Assembly (NCBI RefSeq): GCF_945607605.1
Contig: NZ_CALYZE010000004.1
DNA: 64,000 nucleotides
From: an uncultured Bacteroides sp.
GTDB taxonomy: Bacteria > Bacteroidota > Bacteroidia > Bacteroidales > Bacteroidaceae
Direction: 5' to 3' (one strand)
Shown in pieces: positions 10,701 through 16,773 of the stretch. How positions within the stretch are numbered: position 1 is the stretch's first letter; each line of letters opens with the position of its first letter. A model generated the notes under the pieces. The model was not told the origin of the DNA. It did not search any database and saw only the letters and a program-made list of their open reading frames with translations. The position numbers and the translations under genes are program-made.

Positions 10701-11843
10701 TAAAAGCCAAACATATCCTTGTTGATCCTCCTCCATCCCAACGATTTCCGCATTCATTTTTTGCTCCAAAGTATAGAATGTTTTTTCCATGCAGTACATT
10801 TGATGCAAGCCATTTCCAAAAGTGCCTCCCCATAAGATCCGTCTTTCTTCATTCCAAAAAAGGCTTGTCATCTTTCTTTCTGCCTTTAAAGCAAAAGATT
10901 GTTCTTGAGAATCAAAAGAACAAATTGCTTTATCAAAAGCTTTCGACTCAAAATGAATGGATAAAAGTCCATTTAAAGTTGCCAGAAAATAGCTTTTTTC
11001 ATCAATGCAAACAATATCCATGATAGAAGTACCAAGCAAAAAATCTCTATAAATCTCTGCCATCTGAGCTTTATGCACCGATTTTTGTTTCAGATGATAC
11101 AATTCAATATCAGACTCTATTGGGCAAATCCATAAATAATCGCCTTGCCAATAAAGTTTATTAATTTTTTTATCTTCCTGTCGGTTGATATATTCACTCT
11201 TTGACTTGTTCGTATTATATACCAACACCTTAGTATCATCCACACAAGCGGCAATCCACTCTTTCCCCATTCCAGTGAGTTCGGTTATCCGCCCCTTTAC
11301 CAGCGGTTCATTTAGCAAGTGAAATTGGATAACTTCTTCGTTTTTCTTCTCATTCCGCTCCATTTTACCGGCATACAACCCCTCTGTAGTACCGATGTAC
11401 AAAATTTGCTGATCAGTCAGATAGAACGAGAGGATGCTTCGCTCATTGAGAGGTCTATCAAAATGAATAGGAATGTATTTTTCTAAATTCGAATCAAAGC
11501 CAATGATTCCTCCTTGCAACAGTTGCAGATAAAACAATCCATCTGTCCCTTCGGAGATTGAGGTAACAGCACATGACACCGGAATATCCGAGTGCTTGTT
11601 TTCGTAAGATGTTAAAGGGAAGTTTCGTATTCTAAACCCATCATACCTACTGATTCCCAAGTCAGTAGCAAACCATATAAAATCCTTATTGTCATAATGG
11701 ATATCATAAATGGTATTATTATTCAATCCGTTTTTTGCTGTTATAGGTACAGAATACCCATAAAAATTACTAGGAAAAGCTATATACGGAGCCCACGATA
11801 GGCAAAGCATCCATAGCACTTTATGTATCAGTCTCCACTTCAT
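7704..11843 (-). CDS. Hybrid two-component system protein (periplasmic beta-propeller/Y_Y_Y sensor, TM, HisKA-like, HATPase-like, receiver, AraC HTH) with a degenerate kinase core
   Basis: 1379-aa ORF. WFAT/WIGT-type propeller repeats. One TM segment (IGYLLIALGTLLLVYCYVV). H-box reads FMEELRTPL. N-box LHNLLTNAF. Receiver LLIVEDHKDIR...LILCDVMMP...LTA...KPF. C-terminal AraC HTH (FNVKKLASELNMSQPTLYRKVK). Confidence 0.9.
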   Translation of the reverse strand: MKWRLIHKVLWMLCLSWAPYIAFPSNFYGYSVPITAKNGLNNNTIYDIHYDNKDFIWFATDLGISRYDGFRIRNFPLTSYENKHSDIPVSCAVTSISEGTDGLFYLQLLQGGIIGFDSNLEKYIPIHFDRPLNERSILSFYLTDQQILYIGTTEGLYAGKMERNEKKNEEVIQFHLLNEPLVKGRITELTGMGKEWIAACVDDTKVLVYNTNKSKSEYINRQEDKKINKLYWQGDYLWICPIESDIELYHLKQKSVHKAQMAEIYRDFLLGTSIMDIVCIDEKSYFLATLNGLLSIHFESKAFDKAICSFDSQEQSFALKAERKMTSLFWNEERRILWGGTFGNGLHQMYCMEKTFYTLEQKMNAEIVGMEEDQQGYVWLLTKQGKLWRSDSNQFSIETKFEPWTKGLRPNETYRMYKDKHGRLWLGDSHGEIVCITPSTEEISVFKLDPEGKAGLSEAIHLFCLDSRNRLWIVTANHLVLFDYKKEASQLISLEQKGQKINDIYSIAEDKEGNIWLGTDVGLKRMKNGMNGKSIQVLGNYEQEANLQVSPVYFIYVNSYNQILASYADKILRVDGREKNKVETVFTLLNGLTSSHIYCMEDDENGNTWVGSNSGVITIRNDRNLLYTYASFGYSSEVCRLRDGHLLWSSSLGLTLFDPQLVKMGRHKSKLRLAEVWVHGEPVSIGKSLNGQVILKTTPSMQSDFVFEPDNDHFTFYFSDLQYGIMQSKQAYRLLPDEEWKTGTLQEGITFRHLPVGKYTLQVKLIYPDASESEIVEMAIKVNTYWWNTIWANIGYLLIALGTLLLVYCYVVRREKRREAHKAREMELREKLNLTKMKQEQKQEIDLMRNQLLTRFMEELRTPLSLIIAPLKEVSQEQDLPAGILSKLRVAYRNSVGMLDSCNQLLAVYTQDSLNDKLKVAPYTIEGLLDKVVFAVSELVRINQIEFKYDKRVKKDLEVWVDSKRMRFVLHNLLTNAFNHIRFSGVIHLSLQEMVRDGARYCVITVEDNGKNQVKVADDALQLDLTSVELGYDVMKKIIQLHHGSILMKSSEGEGTEVVVELPIGKEMLQDDPNILFVTPELQGESEDASLLMDENSQEVPVPEETVMLMTAESAISQRERKRLLIVEDHKDIRLYLKVLFGKEYDLFIATNGQEGVDLALKEVPDLILCDVMMPVKDGYECCREVKENLDTCHIPFIMLTAKVEDEDVIHGLELGADDYILKPFTPGILKAKVRNLINGRINLKQMYTKLLMPPEEDGFDISAAGENVKLEDPFITSVVKIIEENICEEDFNVKKLASELNMSQPTLYRKVKQSTDFTIIELIRGVRMRKAGVLLKQKIYAVQEVAEMVGYNDIPTFRKHFVDTFGTTPSTYPSSGNS

Positions 11844-11888
11844 TCTTCACACAAGGATTTAAAAGCTACAATTGTTTGTTTGGTGACA

Positions 11889-11896
11889 CAAATATA
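11889..11896 (-). promoter_or_regulatory. -7 box (TATATTTG on minus strand) for the hybrid two-component gene
   Basis: The plus strand reads caaatata, 46 nt upstream of the ATG at 11843. It lies outside the inverted-repeat element. Confidence 0.45.
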
Positions 11897-11958
11897 AAAA
11901 TATAATTTTATATTCCAATCTATTGATCATCAAAAAAGATAATAATGCGAATCAGTAG

Positions 11959-12120
11959 TTAACCTTTGACTCTTGTTTTAGAAAATAGACAAATGAATGC
12001 TTTGCGCATATCTGTCTTTCCAGGGTAAAGGAAGTAGCGCATGGCATCATTCAGATCAAACAGGGTGGTGCAGATTTGAGTGAGTAATTGCATAACCGCA
12101 TGAGAATCGGCTTTACTCAT
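11959..12120 (-). pseudogene. IS66-family Orf2 (TnpB accessory protein)-like N-terminal fragment
   Basis: Own translation: MSKADSHAVMQLLTQICTTLFDLNDAMRYFLYPGKTDMRKAFICLFSKTRVKG*. The block RYFLYPGKTDMRK resembles the conserved N-terminal DMRK block of IS66 Orf2 proteins. Similarity ends at codon K40 (12001), exactly at the inner edge of the left inverted repeat. Confidence 0.5.
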
Positions 12121-12244
12121 TGGATAGTTTATCGGGGATTACCTATATTCAGTGGGAACATAGTATATTCCACAAGGCAAAAACGTCCTTTTATACGAAA
12201 AAAGAGGACAAACAGATGTACCTCCAAACTCCTCTTGTGAACTG

Positions 12245-12321
12245 TTTACTAAAACTCCCCCGGCGTTTTAGTAAAACATCGGCAACGATTTAGTAAAACG
12301 TCTGCCTCAATTTAGTAAAAC
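12245..12321 (+). repeat. Four copies of TTTA(G/C)TAAAAC at an exact 22-bp period
   Basis: Copies start at 12245, 12267, 12289 and 12311, and the 11-nt spacers differ. The copy at 12265-12277 is the full 13-bp palindrome GTTTTAgTAAAAC. Confidence 0.85.
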
Positions 12322-12600
12322 GATCTTAGCTCCATAGAATCTACAAGGAACGGATATTGATTACTGTTTAAATAAATTTAGAAAATTTCGTACATAACAA
12401 ACTACATAAATTTCACTCCAATGAAGTTCCATTATCTTATCATCAGCAGAAGGAAATGACCTGACAGTTCTTAAAAGAGAAGCCGCTGATAGCCTTATAA
12501 ATCGCATTCATTTATCTATTTTTTTAAAACAAGAATCAGAGGGTAACTACTGATTCGCATTAATATCTAAGTTTTAATAGGTATAACAGAATGAAAGGGG

Positions 12601-12639
12601 TAAAAAAAATCCCCTAATGGTGTGTTACACTATCAGGGG
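12601..12639 (-). terminator. Rho-independent terminator of the 207-aa lipoprotein gene
   Basis: Hairpin cccctaatggtgt/acactatcagggg (12611-12639), followed on the minus strand by a U-tract (plus-strand A-run 12602-12609). Confidence 0.6.
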
Positions 12640-12688
12640 ATCCTTGTTTGTTTTTGTTGTATTCCGCATTTTTTTATTCCAAGTACTA

Positions 12689-13312
12689 TTATTTGCTGTA
12701 CTTTAACAATTTGAAACTGTACGTACCACTCTGTGTTTGAAAATTATAATTGCCTTTAAAAACGACCGGCACTCTCACCACTGCATTGGCCTCATCACTC
12801 ACCTTAAAGTAGAGATAAGTTTCTGATTCAAACCTATAGGAATAACCATCGCCATCCTTCACTGGAACTAATGATAAACCTTCTGCAGACCAGTCAAACA
12901 AATCGGAAGAGTAAGAATAATCAGTCCCCCAATAATAGATTTGACCTTTGGCTAAACTAAACTTCAATTCTACATTTAATGCAAAATTCTCACTGGATGA
13001 TCCATTACGGGTAACGGCTTTATAACTGCCAGTCATTACCACTTTTTCAAATGAATCTTTCGAATCCCAAATACATTCCTGTAGTTTATTGCTATTCAAG
13101 CGCAAAGCTTCAAGAACACTGCACATGTCGTCAGTCAGAACCGCCGGAATCTTACTGGCATTCGAAGCATTATAGGAAACATATTCTGCTCCATAAGTGT
13201 TCATTACTGACTCAAAAAAATCTGTTTGTTCTGTAACTTCATCCTCCAATGATGAACAAGCGGTTAACCCAAAAGCCAATATGGCTATAATAAAAAAATG
13301 AATATTCTTCAT
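12689..13312 (-). CDS. Hypothetical lipoprotein
   Basis: 207-aa ORF with lipoprotein signal MKNIHFFIIAILAFGLTAC. No family recognised. Has its own -7 box and terminator. Confidence 0.6.
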   Translation of the reverse strand: MKNIHFFIIAILAFGLTACSSLEDEVTEQTDFFESVMNTYGAEYVSYNASNASKIPAVLTDDMCSVLEALRLNSNKLQECIWDSKDSFEKVVMTGSYKAVTRNGSSSENFALNVELKFSLAKGQIYYWGTDYSYSSDLFDWSAEGLSLVPVKDGDGYSYRFESETYLYFKVSDEANAVVRVPVVFKGNYNFQTQSGTYSFKLLKYSK

Positions 13313-13403
13313 AAAAGAACCTCTAAAATTGTTTGTTAGTTTGTTTTTAACAAGAACAGCATTGTTCTATTCTTCCATTGAGCAATTCTTGTTTGATCGG
13401 GCG

Positions 13404-13411
13404 CAAACATA
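13404..13411 (-). promoter_or_regulatory. -7 box (TATGTTTG on minus strand) for the 207-aa lipoprotein gene
   Basis: The plus strand reads caaacata, about 92 nt upstream of the ATG at 13312. Confidence 0.4.
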
Positions 13412-13717
13412 GGTATATAATTCGAGACGAGAAAAGCTTTTTCCAAGAAAAATGAATTATTCACCACCCTTAAATGAATTAAACACACCCTATGCAAGCC
13501 ATTATATCAAAATATACAACTTACAAAAACCAACCAAGGGTGTTTCATTCATAAGAAGAATGCCAATACACCGCCTATCAAGAAAAGAAAAAATCACCCA
13601 TCTAAAAGATTAAAATACCGCCATTCTCAAAAATCACCACCGCACAAAAATTACAATTGCAAGAATCACCTCCGAACAAAGATGAATACGCCAATTAAGG
13701 GATATTAAGATTCCAGC

Positions 13718-13725
13718 TATCTTTG
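13718..13725 (+). promoter_or_regulatory. -7 box (TATCTTTG) for the DUF3575/DUF3868 gene pair
   Basis: Exact consensus 28 nt upstream of the ATG at 13753. It overlaps the TTG start given in the ORF track, which argues for the downstream ATG. Confidence 0.5.
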
Positions 13726-13752
13726 AGCCAAACAAAACAAAACCCTCCAATT

Positions 13753-14322
13753 ATGGAAAATAAAAGAAAAATGTTTTTATTCGTTTGTTTGTTTGCCTCT
13801 ACCTTATTATATGGGCAGGTAGTCGGTATCAAAACGAATGTATTGATGGACATCACGAAGACCATCAATTTGGGAGCTGAAATCGGATTGAACAAAAAGA
13901 CTACCCTAGACCTGTACGCCAACTACAACCCTTGGGAAGACAGCAAATTCAAGATGTTCAAAATGCTCGCATTCCAGCCCGAATACCGTTATTGGTTCTG
14001 TGAACGATTCAATGGTCATTTCATTGGCGTTCATGCCCATGCCGGTGTTTATCAAGCAGCAGGCATAGACATGCCTTTCGGGCTATGGGATGAGTTGGAA
14101 AATCACCGTTATAAAGGCCATTTCTACGGAGCTGGTGTTTCTTACGGTTATCAATGGATTTTGGGTAAACATTGGAACATCGAGGCCAATATTGGTGTAG
14201 GTTATGTACGCGCCAAATACGACAAATATCCCTGTGTAGAATGTGGGGAGAAAGTGGATGAAGGCCATAAAAACTACTTTGGTCCTACCAAGGCTGCTCT
14301 TAGCTTAATCTATTTATTCTGA
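13753..14322 (+). CDS. DUF3575-like outer-membrane beta-barrel protein (fimbrial-locus associated)
   Basis: Signal MENKRKMFLFVCLFASTLLYGQ. Blocks GIKTNVLMD..., KTTLDLYANYNPW, QPEYRYWFCERFNGHFIGVHAHAG match my recollection of DUF3575. Start moved to ATG 13753. Confidence 0.7.
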   Translation: MENKRKMFLFVCLFASTLLYGQVVGIKTNVLMDITKTINLGAEIGLNKKTTLDLYANYNPWEDSKFKMFKMLAFQPEYRYWFCERFNGHFIGVHAHAGVYQAAGIDMPFGLWDELENHRYKGHFYGAGVSYGYQWILGKHWNIEANIGVGYVRAKYDKYPCVECGEKVDEGHKNYFGPTKAALSLIYLF

Positions 14323-14341
14323 AACAAACTCTGCAAGCAAT

Positions 14342-15793
14342 ATGAAAAAAGTAATATACCTTATATTATTAGCGACACTGCCAGGATTGAAATCTCAGGC
14401 ACAGTCTGTCGTAGTTTACAAAGATCAGGTACGCATAGAAAATCAGTCTGTTACTCGTAGTGACGACAATCGCCTGACCATTTCGATGGATATCATCATG
14501 CAAGAAAACATGAAGGTATCTTCCAACCGTTCCGCCATACTGACTCCGATACTGGAATCCAATGGAGTAACGAAAGAACTCCCTCCGGTTGTGGTATACG
14601 GTCGTCGCCGAGAATTGGTGAATGAGCGCAACAACGATGTTCCTGAAGATGCTTTTGCCGTTATCCGCCGCAAACGCAATAAAGAACAGACGGTGAATTA
14701 TTTGGTACAGCTTCCTTATGAAGCCTGGATGCAGAAAGCAAATCTCGTGATGGATGCCGACCTTTGCGGTTGTCGTGATTTGGTAGAAGCTGAGACGCTT
14801 GACCCAATCACCACTCTGAACATTCTGCATAAACTCCAGCCGGCCATTGCTTATATCGCCCCCAAGGCGGAAGACATAAAGCGTCGTGCTGTAGAAGGCA
14901 GAGCTTTCCTTGATTATCCGGTGAATAAAACGGTGATTTATCCTGAATATCGCCGCAATCAAGTAGAACTCGCTAAGATACGTGCCACCATTGATACGAT
15001 CCGAGCAGACCAAAATATCTCCATCACAGGCATCCGCATGGATGGATATGCTTCGCCCGAAGGCAATTATGCCAACAACGACCGTCTTGCCAAAGGACGT
15101 ACACAGGCATTGCTCAATTATGTACGCAAACTATACGACTTCCCAGATAATCTGTTGACTATGACTTCCACTCCGGAAGACTGGGCAGGCTTCCGTAAGT
15201 TTGTAGAAAACTCAACGTTGCCACAAAAAGAAGAGATTCTTCAAATCATTGATTTGGACGAACAAGATATGGATGCAAAAGAACACCGCATTGCTCGCTT
15301 CGTAGGAACTGATACGTATCGCTTCTTACTCAATGAATGTTATCCTGCGTTGCGTCACTCCGATTACGTTGTGGCATACACAGTGCGTGGATTCAGTGTA
15401 GATGAAACTCGTGAACTAATTCATACTCGTCCACAGCAATTGAGCTTGCAAGAAATATACAATTTGGCTCAGACGTACGAACCGGGTAGCGAAGAGTTTA
15501 ATTATGCCTTCCAAGTGGCAGCAGTTATGTTCCCCGATGATCCAACAGCAAACTTAAATGCAGCTGCCATGGAAATACAGCGGGGTGGTGAATTGGCAGC
15601 AGCCAAGAAACACCTGGAAAAAGCAGATCCGAATGTGGGTGAAACAATGAATAATTTGGGAGTAATAGCCTTGATGGAAAATGACCTGAATACTGCGGAG
15701 AAATACTTCAACCGCGCTAAAGAAGCAGGCATTCAAGCAGCTGAACAAAACCTTGTAGAAGTAGCGAAGCAACGTAGCTTCCCTACAAAATAG
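14342..15793 (+). CDS. DUF3868-like protein with OmpA-like peptidoglycan-binding motif and C-terminal TPR
   Basis: 483 aa with signal MKKVIYLILLATLPGLKSQAQS. OmpA_C-like block GYASPEGNYANNDRLAKGRTQALLNYV. TPR-like C-terminus (NNLGVIALMENDLNTAEKYFNRAKEAG). Confidence 0.65.
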   Translation: MKKVIYLILLATLPGLKSQAQSVVVYKDQVRIENQSVTRSDDNRLTISMDIIMQENMKVSSNRSAILTPILESNGVTKELPPVVVYGRRRELVNERNNDVPEDAFAVIRRKRNKEQTVNYLVQLPYEAWMQKANLVMDADLCGCRDLVEAETLDPITTLNILHKLQPAIAYIAPKAEDIKRRAVEGRAFLDYPVNKTVIYPEYRRNQVELAKIRATIDTIRADQNISITGIRMDGYASPEGNYANNDRLAKGRTQALLNYVRKLYDFPDNLLTMTSTPEDWAGFRKFVENSTLPQKEEILQIIDLDEQDMDAKEHRIARFVGTDTYRFLLNECYPALRHSDYVVAYTVRGFSVDETRELIHTRPQQLSLQEIYNLAQTYEPGSEEFNYAFQVAAVMFPDDPTANLNAAAMEIQRGGELAAAKKHLEKADPNVGETMNNLGVIALMENDLNTAEKYFNRAKEAGIQAAEQNLVEVAKQRSFPTK

Positions 15794-15829
15794 TTCTCTC
15801 ATTTCGTAAAACATACACACAAGGAAATA

Positions 15830-15868
15830 CTCCAGGCAAGTTGTGAAACTTGTCTGGAGTTGTTTTTT
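15830..15868 (+). terminator. Rho-independent terminator after the DUF3868-like gene
   Basis: 13-bp stem ctccaggcaagtt/aacttgtctggag (one G-U pair), followed by tTGTTTTTT. Confidence 0.7.
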
Positions 15869-16480
15869 ATCCAAAACCCTACCGGAGATAAAAGTGACTT
15901 CCCTTCTAACAGATAATTACTTTAGTCCCTATCCTTTCTTAAAACAAAGGCTTTAGGTCTACAAACAAAAGCTTCATTCTTAGTTTGCCATGCAGAGCAA
16001 ACAACAAAAACTCGTATAAACTCAAGAAACGATTGCTGCCTGAGAAGTCTATGAAAGTCATTTAGACTTAGTCATCATTACTATTGCATCCCATTTATTA
16101 GGTGAAGAATCAATTTGTTGATCCTAAAGGGATAGAATGCTCAATGAATACACATGACTTTTTAAAAGAATTCCGACATTCATTAAATCGGTTCTTGTCA
16201 AATTTAACACTGTTGCATCCGTGCCCGGTATTATTACTGAGAATAATGGCGAGAGAGAACTGTCTATCGAAAGAAAAGCAAAAAAAGAAAGCGGTTTTGC
16301 GGTATAAGGCAACTGAGAAGCCTAAGAAACCTGTTGAAAACACCCCCTATCGGCGAGAAAGGCACTGTAAATCGTTCAATTTTGAGTGAAACACACCCCA
16401 TCAAAAAGTGATTTTGAAAATAGATTAATTCTGCTGTAAAATTGAAAAAAACGCCAACGGACACCAATGAAGATTGCACC

Positions 16481-16488
16481 TATCTTTG
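16481..16488 (+). promoter_or_regulatory. -7 box (TATCTTTG) for the pilin operon
   Basis: Exact consensus in the context ttgcaccTATCTTTGtc, nearly identical to the glnS promoter context. It would give a leader of about 280 nt. Confidence 0.5.
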
Positions 16489-16642
16489 TCACATCGAAAG
16501 ATAAACAAAACAAATTATAGTTAGTAAAAAACAAACAATACCAAGGGCATATTAGGAAAGTAAAAAAGAAACCGGAAGCTTCGCTCTTATCAGATAAGAC
16601 ACTTCCACCGCAGCAGTACCTCTCAGGTAATGAATAGCTCCA

Positions 16643-16668
16643 CATTATTATTTAATTAAGTAATAATG
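16643..16668. promoter_or_regulatory. 26-bp AT-rich palindrome in the pilin-operon leader (candidate operator or RNA hairpin)
   Basis: CATTATTATTTAATTAAGTAATAATG. 12 of 13 pairs are complementary and the remaining one is T/G. Confidence 0.35.
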
Positions 16669-16773
16669 CTCTTCTCTTAAAAAGACTATCTCCCAAAAGA
16701 TTGTAAAAGTACTATTTAAAAAGTACATAATCAAAGAACGAATTAAAAATTATCAATTTAAATCAGATGTAAT

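Larger units (their letters stand above)
11938..12567. mobile_element. 630-bp element bounded by 63/64-nt imperfect inverted repeats (MITE-like, IS scar or inversion substrate)
   Basis: 11938-12000 aligns to the reverse complement of 12504-12567 at 57 of 64 positions with 1 indel (hand alignment). The interior holds an IS66 Orf2-like fragment and phased repeats, and no transposase. Confidence 0.5.

Noticed and set aside
12245-12321. Mini-CRISPR interpretation of the 11-nt repeat / 11-nt spacer array.
   Set aside because: Repeat and spacer lengths are far below CRISPR dimensions. There are only four units and no cas genes in the window.
13723-13752. TTG start at 13723 for the DUF3575-like gene; likewise the extended track starts for glnS (25014), DUF3127 (43146), the MBL hydrolase (46606) and lysC (54142).
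   Set aside because: Downstream ATGs give canonical N-termini (signal peptide, MKVLKFGGTSVG, MLLRILGSG, MEFTGKI). In two cases the extension would overlap the promoter box.
14369-15013. Long antisense ORFs nested in real genes (e.g. 14369-15013 -, 18870-19571 -, 26313-26888 -, 9909-10409 +, 57840-58265 +, 48376-48798 +).
   Set aside because: Each lies opposite a well-supported gene, lacks motifs, and has the skewed composition typical of shadow frames.
16102-16645. Five overlapping 62-95-aa ORFs on both strands in the spacer upstream of the pilin operon (16102-16389 +, 16110-16343 -, 16124-16312 -, 16264-16479 -, 16376-16645 -).
   Set aside because: They are mutually overlapping, and at least 16102 (GTG) starts at a non-ATG codon. 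They are low-complexity or K-rich and have no recognisable motif. The only good -7 box (16481) lies downstream of or inside them. I treat the region as non-coding.
15869-16773. Invertible (phase-variable) promoter controlling the fimbrial operon, as seen for other Bacteroides surface loci.
   Set aside because: By eye I found no inverted repeats of 10 bp or more bracketing the TAnnTTTG box, and no tyrosine or serine recombinase gene in or near the locus. This cannot be excluded without read-level orientation analysis.
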